A DNA stretch of 64,000 bases from Deltaproteobacteria bacterium (GTDB lineage: Bacteria; Myxococcota; Kuafuiibacteriia; Kuafuiibacteriales; Kuafuiibacteriaceae), in contig JAVJQW010000061.1 of the NCBI GenBank assembly GCA_040218735.1, forward strand, positions 256,001 to 320,000. The letters run 5' to 3'. Shown here in pieces: positions 47,728-56,016 of the stretch. A program made the translations under genes and the position numbers. How positions within the stretch are numbered: the first letter of the stretch is position 1; every line of letters begins with the position of its first letter. Under the pieces are notes generated by a model. That model was not told the DNA's origin and ran no database searches. It saw nothing but the letters and a program-made list of their open reading frames with translations.

Positions 47728-49668
47728 TCAGTAGAGTCGCGAGTCACGGACCCACGAAGGCGGCGAGAAGTGAACGGGGACGGTGACGTTCGTGCCGACG
47801 ATACGCAGCGTCGCGGTGCCGGTGGCCGAGCCGCTCGTGACGTGACCGTCGGGCGAGACGTTCCCGTCGAACGGGAGGTCGCTCTGCCCGCGTTGGAAGC
47901 CACCCATCTCCCACGTCAGCGTGGTGGGGTCCGCGACGTCGTCGCCCTTGCCCCCCTCGCGGACGCCGTTGGGACCGACGCTGTAGCGCGTCGCGGTGAG
48001 GAACAGCTCGTTCTCCTCGACGCCGCCGCCGGTGATCCTCAGCCACGGCTCACCGAGGCGGTTGTTCGGCGTCCAGCCACCGATGACGTAGTAGTCGTCG
48101 GTCTCTCGGTCGTCGCGGATCGAAAGCTCCACGAGATCGATCGTCCCGGTGTTGTTGCAGTTGGGGTTCGACACGCCGACGAGCAGCCGCCACGTGCCCT
48201 GGGCGTTCTCGCCGTTCACCCGCGACAGCGGCAGCTCGGGCCGGCTCGCCTGCCCGCCCTGATCGTTGAACGTGAGATTGAAGCCGTTGCTCCCGCCGCA
48301 GAAGACACCGCCCGGCACGCGACCGGGATTCTGGCGCCCGCGGTACACGCCGTCGCCGCACAGCACGACGGGGTGGCCCGACGGCGCGATCAACGCGAGG
48401 CGTGTGTTGCGGTTGTTGCCGGAGAAGCTGATGTCGACCGTGACGTCGAGGTCCTCGATCGCAAACGAGTCGGCGACCGGGATGTCGACCGAGGTGTACG
48501 AGACCGTCGTGCCCGTGCAGACCGGCGGGAACGCCGCCTGCGGGCTGACGCCGTAGGTGTAGCGGTCCGCGACGCGCAGCGTGAACAGCGCGGAGCGCCT
48601 GAAGCCGTCGGCGTCCGTCACGCGGAGCGTGATCGGGTAGTCGCCGAATTCCATGCTCGCGCCCGTGAGGTGCCCCTCCGCGGAGAGCGTCACGCCCGCC
48701 GGGAGGTCCCCCGTGAAGCTCCACGCGTAGGGCGGCTCGCCGCCCGACGCCTCGAGGTCGTAGTCGATGCCCCGCCCCGCCACGATCTGCGGCAGCGCGA
48801 TGGTCGCGATCTCCAGCGGCGCGAGGACCCGCAGCATCAGCGGCAGCTCCGCGCGCTCCGACGCGCTGTCGACGACCTCCACCGTGAACATGAACGCGCC
48901 GTCCTCCTCGGGCGTCCCGCTGAGCGCACCGTCGGTGCCGAGCGCGAGCCCGGCCGGGAGCGCGCCCGTCGCGATGGCGAAGGTGTACGGGGGGGCGCCG
49001 CCCTCGGCTTCGATCGTCGCGTCGTAGGGTGTGAGCACGCGAGCCTTCTCGAGCATCATCGTCGTGAACATCGGGGCGCGCGCTGCGACCATCAGCGACA
49101 AGCGCTGGGTCCGCGCGGCGCCGTCCGCGTCCTCGACGGCGACCGTCACCTGGAATGCGCCCGACTCCGTCGGGGTCCCCGCGATCTGCGTGCCGCTCAC
49201 GGTGAGGCCGTCGGGGAGCGTCCCGCTCTCGAGGCGCCAGGTGTACGGGGCGACGCCGTCCATCGCTTCGAGGTCCGCGGCGTAGGCGTCGCCGACGCGT
49301 CCCTCGGGGAGGGTCTCGGTCACGATGGTGAGGGGATCGGGGATGACGTACAGCTCGATCGCGCCGGAGTCGGTCGCGCCGTCGGCGTCGGTCACCGTGA
49401 AAGTGAGGCTGCGGCGCCCGGGCTCGGTCGGGGTGCCCACGAGCTGGCCGGTGTCCTTCCGCAGCTCGATCCCGGCGTGGAGGGTGCCCTCGGCCACCGC
49501 GAAGCTGTACGGGGTCGTGCCGCCGGTCGCCGCGATGCGTTCGTCGTAGTTTTCGCCGAGGCGTGCCTGCGGCAGCTCGGCGGTGGCGAGCGACAGATCC
49601 GGGGTGTCTTCGCCGGAGCACGCAAACAGCGCGGCGGCGAGGACCAAGCTCAGACGACGATCGGGCAT
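47728..49668 (-). CDS. Lipoprotein with about four He_PIG Ig repeats, a proprotein-convertase P-domain and a QHNDH-alpha domain-IV-like C-terminus
   Basis: ALFAC lipobox; repeats GGTTPYSF, GVAPYTW, GGAPPYTF, GGEPPYAW; P-domain LIAPSG..NGENAQGTWRL; C-terminal RITGGG..GPNG..GDDVA. Confidence 0.75.
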   Translation of the reverse strand: MPDRRLSLVLAAALFACSGEDTPDLSLATAELPQARLGENYDERIAATGGTTPYSFAVAEGTLHAGIELRKDTGQLVGTPTEPGRRSLTFTVTDADGATDSGAIELYVIPDPLTIVTETLPEGRVGDAYAADLEAMDGVAPYTWRLESGTLPDGLTVSGTQIAGTPTESGAFQVTVAVEDADGAARTQRLSLMVAARAPMFTTMMLEKARVLTPYDATIEAEGGAPPYTFAIATGALPAGLALGTDGALSGTPEEDGAFMFTVEVVDSASERAELPLMLRVLAPLEIATIALPQIVAGRGIDYDLEASGGEPPYAWSFTGDLPAGVTLSAEGHLTGASMEFGDYPITLRVTDADGFRRSALFTLRVADRYTYGVSPQAAFPPVCTGTTVSYTSVDIPVADSFAIEDLDVTVDISFSGNNRNTRLALIAPSGHPVVLCGDGVYRGRQNPGRVPGGVFCGGSNGFNLTFNDQGGQASRPELPLSRVNGENAQGTWRLLVGVSNPNCNNTGTIDLVELSIRDDRETDDYYVIGGWTPNNRLGEPWLRITGGGVEENELFLTATRYSVGPNGVREGGKGDDVADPTTLTWEMGGFQRGQSDLPFDGNVSPDGHVTSGSATGTATLRIVGTNVTVPVHFSPPSWVRDSRLY

Positions 49669-49758
49669 CGACGACCTACTTTCCGCGCCGAAACAGGCGC
49701 GCGGTACGCATAACAAACCGGGCCGAACTGCACCATCGGCGGGGTTCATCGGCGGGGT

Positions 49759-51414
49759 TCACGAGGACCGGCGGCGCAGGACCAGCAGGCCGAGCAGGAG
49801 GAGCCCGAGCGTCCCTTCGGAACCGCCCGAGTCGGCCGTGCAGCCGCACCCGCCCTCCTCGTCCGGCGGCGCCACGCCCGCGTCGGCGAAGCCCCCATCC
49901 CGTGTGCCGCCGCCGTCGCGGGTTCCCGCGTCGACGAAGCCGGCGTCGGGGGGATCACACGTCGACGCCGGATCGACGGTGAGCGTCACGTCCAGCTCCG
50001 CCATCAGCGCGGGGCCTGGATCCGTCTCCTCGAACACGACGTCGAGGGTGGATCCGCGCGGGTCCGCGCCGTTGTCGGCGACGAGCGCCTCCACGTAACG
50101 CTTCGTGACGGACTGGTACCAAAGGCGCGCGTCGACCTCGATCGTGTCGCCGGCGAAGTCGCAGGGGATCGTGGCGGTCACCGTCAGGTCGTCCCAGTGC
50201 GCGAGCACGCCGGGAGACACCTCCGGGTAGACCTTGCCGACGGGCGCCGTGGTCGCGGTGACGACGAACCCGCGGGGCGGGATGCGGTTGTCGAAGTAGA
50301 TGGTGTCGTTGAGGACCAGCCGGTGGCCGGGCCCCACCCCGGATCGGCCCTGGATCGATGCGTAGGTGACGACGGGATCGACCGGCTCGCCGCCTTCGGC
50401 GTCGTAGGCGCCGCGCACCACGCCCACGGCGGGCGCCGCGACCTCGAGCCACACGCGCCGCCCCTCCGGGTAGCCGGTGGGGAGCTTGTGCCCGGTGAGG
50501 TTGGTGATCCGAAACGTCAGGTCGACGACGTCGCCGCGGCCCACGACGTCCGGGCCCGCCTCGAGCGCGAGATCCGCCGCCGTACGCAGCATGGCGCCGA
50601 CCCGGGTCTGACCGCGGACGAGCTCCGTCGACAGGTCCAGGTCCGAACGGAGGAACGCCACCGCCCCCAACAGGAACGCGTTGCCACCCGCGAACGCGTG
50701 GCTGGAGCGGTCGGGGCGCACCGGCCCGCTCATCGCCACGCGCCCCTCGTCCGGCGGCATGTGGCAGTCCTGGCAGGTCTCCCCTTCGGCCGCGTACGCG
50801 CTCGTCGCCCACTCCGTGAACGTGGTCTGCTCCGGGAACGGCTGCCCGGTGGGGTTGCCGTCGAGATCGAGGCGCTCGACGAGCGGGTTCCTCAGGTCGT
50901 GGCAGCTCCCGCACATCCGGCCGTCGCTGAACCAGTCCGAGAACTCGACGCGGTGGGGGGCCTGAGGATCCATGATCGGCCCGCGCATGTAGATGTCGTC
51001 CGCGACGAGGTACTGCCCGTTGCGCTGCCAGGTCGAGGGCGTCATGCGGTGGCACGAGGAGCAGGTCACGCCCCCGTCGGAGTCGGTCAGGGCGCTGCCG
51101 TCGGTCGGGAAGCAGCGCCCCTCCATCCACGCGGCGGGCGCGTGGCAGCGCAGGCAGTAGTCGCCGGCGCCGGGGTAGTCCTTCTCGGCTTCCACCAGCG
51201 CGGACAGGAACAGGGGATCACGCGCCGCGTGGGCCATCGCGCTGCCGGCCCACGTCGGATACGCGGTCGCGTCCTCGTCGAACCCGCCGTGGCATCCGTT
51301 GCAGACCGCGGGATCTTGAAAGAACACGGAAACACTGCTGGTTCCCGGGAGCTCGACCTGCGCGGTCGACAAGCCCAAGAAGGCGACGGCGATGAAGCCA
51401 GCCGAGGTGACCAC
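49759..51414 (-). CDS. Multiheme cytochrome c (5 CxxCH) with MYXO-CTERM-like tail
   Basis: CNGCH, CLRCH, CSSCH, CGSCH, CQDCH; WAGSAMAHAARDP, GHKLPTG; tail GCGC..LLLLGLLVLRRR. Confidence 0.88.
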   Translation of the reverse strand: MVTSAGFIAVAFLGLSTAQVELPGTSSVSVFFQDPAVCNGCHGGFDEDATAYPTWAGSAMAHAARDPLFLSALVEAEKDYPGAGDYCLRCHAPAAWMEGRCFPTDGSALTDSDGGVTCSSCHRMTPSTWQRNGQYLVADDIYMRGPIMDPQAPHRVEFSDWFSDGRMCGSCHDLRNPLVERLDLDGNPTGQPFPEQTTFTEWATSAYAAEGETCQDCHMPPDEGRVAMSGPVRPDRSSHAFAGGNAFLLGAVAFLRSDLDLSTELVRGQTRVGAMLRTAADLALEAGPDVVGRGDVVDLTFRITNLTGHKLPTGYPEGRRVWLEVAAPAVGVVRGAYDAEGGEPVDPVVTYASIQGRSGVGPGHRLVLNDTIYFDNRIPPRGFVVTATTAPVGKVYPEVSPGVLAHWDDLTVTATIPCDFAGDTIEVDARLWYQSVTKRYVEALVADNGADPRGSTLDVVFEETDPGPALMAELDVTLTVDPASTCDPPDAGFVDAGTRDGGGTRDGGFADAGVAPPDEEGGCGCTADSGGSEGTLGLLLLGLLVLRRRSS

Positions 51415-51539
51415 AGGGACGCTATAGCGCCTGTGTTGTCACGCGGGCCACGATCTTCGTCGATTGACAGGGCCGGGCGCGCTCCCTACATCCGACATCG
51501 CACCCCCGATGCCCACGCCGGCACGAAGGTCCTGAACAC

Positions 51540-53105
51540 ATGCGCATCACAAAGCTCTCCTCACTCCTCCTCCTGATCCCCGCGCTCGCGTGCAGCGGTA
51601 GCTCGAACAGCGATGACGACACCGTCATCATTCCCCCGTCCGAGCTGACCTGTCCGACGCCGACGGACGGCACCCTCTCCGTCTGCGACCTGAAGCTCGA
51701 CGGCGGCGCCGGTCAGCCGCAGTTCGGCGACGCGGTCGTCGTCACCAACGTCGTCGTCACCACGCCGACCTACTCGATCCTCGAAGACTCGATGACGAAC
51801 GAGACGACCCTCGGCGGGTTCTTCGTCCAGGACGCCCAGAGCACGGCGGAGCTCGCCGGCCGCTACGGCGGTATCCTCGTCACCTACCGCCCCGACATGA
51901 TCGCCGGGACCCTCCCGAGCGAGGGCGACGTCGTGCAGGTGACCGGCAGCTTCCGTGACTTCGGTCAGGAGGGCGGCGCCCGTCAGAAGCAGATCGAGGC
52001 CACCGCGGTCGACATCATCAGCGCCGGCTCGGGCGCCGTGCAGGCGGTCTCGGTCGACGACGCCACCAGCATCATCGCGGGCGGCGCGCGCGCCGAGGGG
52101 CTCGAGGGCACGCTCGTGAAGATCAGCAACGTCGCTGCGACGGTCGTGCGCGACGTGCCCGGCTCGGGCGGCAGCGCGATCTTCGGCGCGTTCCAGGTGA
52201 CGGGCGGGCTCGTCATCTCCGGCGAGATCTTCCAGTACCGCGCCATCGAGCAGGAGTCGTTCATCACGATCACCGGCGTCCTTCGCGTCGGCACCGCGCC
52301 GTTCGACAGCGGCATCTACCAGCTCACGCCGCGCAGCCGCGCGGACGTCGTCTCCTCGAACCCCACGCAGACGATCACCAGCATCCCCGAGCTCCAGGAC
52401 CCGTCGACGCCCGACCGCCCGCAGCTCTGCTCGCGCTCGGGCGCGACGACGGTGGGGCGCTGCCCGCCGGTGCGCCTGTCGGACGTCGTGGTCACGGGCT
52501 CGGGCGGCTACGTCAGCTCGAACCTGCGCTCGATCTGGGTGCAGGACACGACGGTCGCCGACGGTCGATTCGCCGGGGTGAAGGTCGTGTACTTCGTCGA
52601 CGACACCGGCATCCCGCAGGTCGGCGACATCATCGACATCGAGGGTGAGGCCATCGAGTGGTTCCGCGGCACGCAGGTGCAGAACGCGACCTTCACGCAG
52701 AAGGGCACCGTAACCTCGTCGACCGCGCCGATCGTGGTCGCCGCCGCGGACGTGGCGCGCACCTCGGCGCCCGAGACCAACCCCTACGAGGGTGTGCTCG
52801 TCGAGATTCAGAACGTGGCGGTCACCGAGCGCTGCGTCGACAGCAACGGCCGTGACTTCGGCAACTGGGTCGTCGACGGCCCGGTCTTCCTCGGCACCGC
52901 GTTCGAGTACACGTACAACGGTGGCTTCGGCCCCTCGACCGCGATGTGCGACATGCCGAACGTCGACTGCAGCTGCGCCGGGATGTCGCGCCCCGACGAC
53001 CTACGCATGACGGGCGACAACTTCCGCGCGATCCGCGGCATCATGAACTACAGCTTCGACGAGTTCCGCATGGAGCCGCGCGGCGACGGTGACATCGTCC
53101 AGTAA
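51540..53105 (+). CDS. Lipoprotein with duplicated OB-fold-like modules
   Basis: PALAC lipobox; two repeats (FFVQD..YGGILV..GDVVQVTG..EGTLVKI / IWVQD..FAGVKV..GDIIDIEG..EGVLVEI). Confidence 0.65.
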   Translation: MRITKLSSLLLLIPALACSGSSNSDDDTVIIPPSELTCPTPTDGTLSVCDLKLDGGAGQPQFGDAVVVTNVVVTTPTYSILEDSMTNETTLGGFFVQDAQSTAELAGRYGGILVTYRPDMIAGTLPSEGDVVQVTGSFRDFGQEGGARQKQIEATAVDIISAGSGAVQAVSVDDATSIIAGGARAEGLEGTLVKISNVAATVVRDVPGSGGSAIFGAFQVTGGLVISGEIFQYRAIEQESFITITGVLRVGTAPFDSGIYQLTPRSRADVVSSNPTQTITSIPELQDPSTPDRPQLCSRSGATTVGRCPPVRLSDVVVTGSGGYVSSNLRSIWVQDTTVADGRFAGVKVVYFVDDTGIPQVGDIIDIEGEAIEWFRGTQVQNATFTQKGTVTSSTAPIVVAAADVARTSAPETNPYEGVLVEIQNVAVTERCVDSNGRDFGNWVVDGPVFLGTAFEYTYNGGFGPSTAMCDMPNVDCSCAGMSRPDDLRMTGDNFRAIRGIMNYSFDEFRMEPRGDGDIVQ

Positions 53106-53110
53106 CGCGA

Positions 53111-54955
53111 TCAGCGGCGGCGGCGTAGCGCGAGCACCAAGAAGGCCAGCGCGAGCGCAGGCCAGGCCGCGCCGTCCCCGCCCGTCGTCGTGCAGCTGCA
53201 CGTCCCGCCGCCACACTCTGGATCGCAGTCGCAGTCGCTGTCGCAGCTGTTCGACGTGTCACACGCGCAGTAGCCCGAGATGTTCGTCGTGATGTTGCGA
53301 CGGGGGGTCTCCTCGTTCGTGTCGAACGCCTCGGGCCAGCAGAAACCTTGCGTGGTGCCGGACGGCGCGAGGCAGCGCAGGCCGGGGGAGCAGTCGTCGA
53401 CCTCGTTGCTCGTCGAGCACTCGCGCGTACAGAGTTTGTTGTCGCCGAAGACGGTGCACACCGTCGACTCACACTCCGCGCCCGACTGACACGGCTGGCC
53501 GTCGTACTTGAAACCTTCGCCCGGGACACACGCGCCGACGGCGAGGCCCTCGGTGACACACATCGTGTTCGCCTGGCACTGCGCCTGGCTCGTGCAGCTC
53601 GCGTAGCAGAGCGCCGAGTCGACGCCGAGCGTCTCGTCGAAGAGGCACTGCGCGTTGTTCAGGCAGACCTCGGGGAGGCACGGCTCGCCGATGCCCGCCT
53701 TCGTGAGGCAGACGTATGTGTTCATTCGGCCCGCCACCGCCGTGCACTCCTGGCGGTAGCCGCACCCTGCGACGCCGGGGGCGCACTCGGCGAAGCAGTA
53801 CGTGATGCCCGACCCCGGCGCCCACTCGAGGCACATGTGGCCCGCTTTGCAGGTCCCGTTCGCGTAACAGGCCTCGTTGTGGCCGCCCTTCCCGCTCGGT
53901 GAGCACACGCCCGAGTTGGGGACACACACGCCGATCTGCGTCGTGTCGAGCTGCGTGAGCTCACACTGATAGCCGCCCGGACACTGACCGCTCGGGTTCG
54001 CGGGGTCACACGGTTTGGTGCAGAACGGCTGCCCGAAGTTGCGGAACGGGACCCCGACACACAGCCCGGACGAACACTGGTTGCCGTTGCTGCAGAAGTC
54101 ACAAAGCTCGTCGGTCACGATCGCCGCGAGGCAGTAGTCGCCGACGGAGGTCGCCGTGCACGGGAACCCGGCCGGACACGTTCCGGGGTTGGCGACCGCG
54201 CACTCGGCCGTGCAGTAGCTCCGTCCGATCTCGTCGTCCTGCGCGCACAGGCTCGAGGCGCAGTCCGGGTTCGAGGTGCACGGCGCACCGATCGGTCCGC
54301 CGTTGCCGGTGCCCGGCGTCTGCCCCGGGACGGGCTGTCCGTTCGGGTACAGCGAGCAAACACCTTGCACGTCGTCCTGGGCGGCGCTGCGCTGCATCAT
54401 CTTGTTGTTCGACGGGTACATCGCCGCCTCGGGATCGTTGGAGTGGTCCAGGCCGAGGAAGTGCCCCGCTTCGTGGAACGCCACGGTCTCGACGTCGACC
54501 TTGCCCGGCGTCCCCTGGCCGATCTCGGAGTCCACCGTGGTCCAGGTCCAGGTCAGGCCGTTGAAGATCATGTCGGCGTCGGTGATCGCGCGGCTGTCGT
54601 CGAGGGAGTAGAAGACGTACGTCAGCGCGAGCGTCGCGTCCTGCCCGGGCCACTGGTTCTGGGTGTCGACCCAGAAGATGCGATTCGTGCCGTCGTTCTG
54701 GACGACGCGCGGCGTGGTCCAGTTCCGCTCCGCGAACTTCAGGTAGGAGCAGGAGACCTCCTCCCAGGTGTTGAACGCGCGCCGGAGCGCGGCGAGCTCC
54801 GAGTCGTCGGGGATGTCGTCGGAGCCCAGCGGGTCGAGCTGATAGGGGACCGGCTGGTCGGAGGGGTTCTGCCAGCGCTGCCCCTGGGCCGAGAAGCCCG
54901 ACGTGAAGAGCGCACACGCGACGACAAGGGGACGGAGGACCCGCATCCTTCGCAT
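53111..54955 (-). CDS. Matrixin (M10) zinc metallopeptidase with Cys-rich repeats and MYXO-CTERM-like tail
   Basis: HEAGHFLGLDHS, Met-turn AAMYP; many Cys repeats; tail CSC..LAFLVLALRRRR. Confidence 0.88.
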   Translation of the reverse strand: MRRMRVLRPLVVACALFTSGFSAQGQRWQNPSDQPVPYQLDPLGSDDIPDDSELAALRRAFNTWEEVSCSYLKFAERNWTTPRVVQNDGTNRIFWVDTQNQWPGQDATLALTYVFYSLDDSRAITDADMIFNGLTWTWTTVDSEIGQGTPGKVDVETVAFHEAGHFLGLDHSNDPEAAMYPSNNKMMQRSAAQDDVQGVCSLYPNGQPVPGQTPGTGNGGPIGAPCTSNPDCASSLCAQDDEIGRSYCTAECAVANPGTCPAGFPCTATSVGDYCLAAIVTDELCDFCSNGNQCSSGLCVGVPFRNFGQPFCTKPCDPANPSGQCPGGYQCELTQLDTTQIGVCVPNSGVCSPSGKGGHNEACYANGTCKAGHMCLEWAPGSGITYCFAECAPGVAGCGYRQECTAVAGRMNTYVCLTKAGIGEPCLPEVCLNNAQCLFDETLGVDSALCYASCTSQAQCQANTMCVTEGLAVGACVPGEGFKYDGQPCQSGAECESTVCTVFGDNKLCTRECSTSNEVDDCSPGLRCLAPSGTTQGFCWPEAFDTNEETPRRNITTNISGYCACDTSNSCDSDCDCDPECGGGTCSCTTTGGDGAAWPALALAFLVLALRRRR

Positions 54956-55127
54956 TGTCGGTGCCGGACGACGCTTCGCGCAACTCGCCACACTTCGAGT
55001 ATCGGGTGTGCGGGCCGGTTGGTTGCGAAAATCCGACGGATGCCGTGCACACGCGGACGTATCGCGCTGAGCCGCGTGCGGGCCGTGGAGGCTCAACCTC
55101 GGTTGTCAGCGCGTCGAAAGGGAGGAC

Positions 55128-56003
55128 ATGCCGACGTCCCGCGCGCCCGCCCTCGACACCGACCAACTCGCGCCGCCCGACCCGGCCGCGGTGGGTCGCA
55201 TCTGCGTCCACGCGGTCCTCGGAACGTCGGCGGCCCGCCACGTCGACCTGTATCGCCTCACCCAGCTCGTCCAGCAGCACGTGGTCAGCGGCTGCTACGG
55301 CCGAACCGTCGACTTCAACCCGGTCCTTCAGGAGCTCCTCAAGATGGAGCACGTGACCGAGGAGGACCTGTTCATCGGCCTCATCAACATGATCGAATGC
55401 CTGAGCTGGCTGGGGGTCAACATGGCGCTCCCGAAACTCTCGCTCAGCGAAGAGACCCGCCGCCACATCATCGAAGCCGGCGAGGCCGCGACGCACAGCG
55501 CGCGCGCCGCCTTCGAGCTCCGTCGGCTACGCGCCGCGATCCACCGCGTAGAACACCAACAGCTGGGGACACTGCTGGTGCAAGGCCACCACATCAGCGA
55601 GACGCAGCTCGAACAGGCGCTGGAGGCGCAGCAGCGACATGGCCGTCGTCTGGGCACGAACCTCGTCGAGATGGGTTTCATCTCCGCGCAGGCGCTCGCA
55701 CGCTTCCTAGGGCACCAGCTCGAGTTGGAGTGCGTGACACGGATCGACGAGATCGATCCCGAGGTGCTCGCGTTGGTCCCGAAGGGCCTCGCGCTGCAGT
55801 ACCGCGTGCTCCCGATCGGGTTCGACGAGAAGGGACGGTTGCAGCTCGCGATGGAGGACCCGCTCGACGTTCAGGTGATGGAGAAGGTCCACCTGCTGAC
55901 GGGACGGGTCGTACACCCCCTGGTCGCGCCGGAGACGACGCTCGTGTACGCGATGAGTCGCTACTACGGCCACGTGCAGCCGTCGCGCGTGCGCGGCCGC
56001 TGA
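55128..56003 (+). CDS. MshEN (T2SSE_N) domain protein, putative c-di-GMP receptor
   Basis: QLGTLLVQGHHISETQLEQALEAQ-RLGTNLVEMGFISAQALARFL; LAMEDPLD; no ATPase domain. Confidence 0.82.
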   Translation: MPTSRAPALDTDQLAPPDPAAVGRICVHAVLGTSAARHVDLYRLTQLVQQHVVSGCYGRTVDFNPVLQELLKMEHVTEEDLFIGLINMIECLSWLGVNMALPKLSLSEETRRHIIEAGEAATHSARAAFELRRLRAAIHRVEHQQLGTLLVQGHHISETQLEQALEAQQRHGRRLGTNLVEMGFISAQALARFLGHQLELECVTRIDEIDPEVLALVPKGLALQYRVLPIGFDEKGRLQLAMEDPLDVQVMEKVHLLTGRVVHPLVAPETTLVYAMSRYYGHVQPSRVRGR

Positions 56004-56016
56004 AGCAGGCTCGGCC

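Noticed and set aside
51518-51535. GGCACG upstream of the OB-fold lipoprotein as a sigma54 promoter
   Set aside because: No GC at the -12 position and too close to the start codon.
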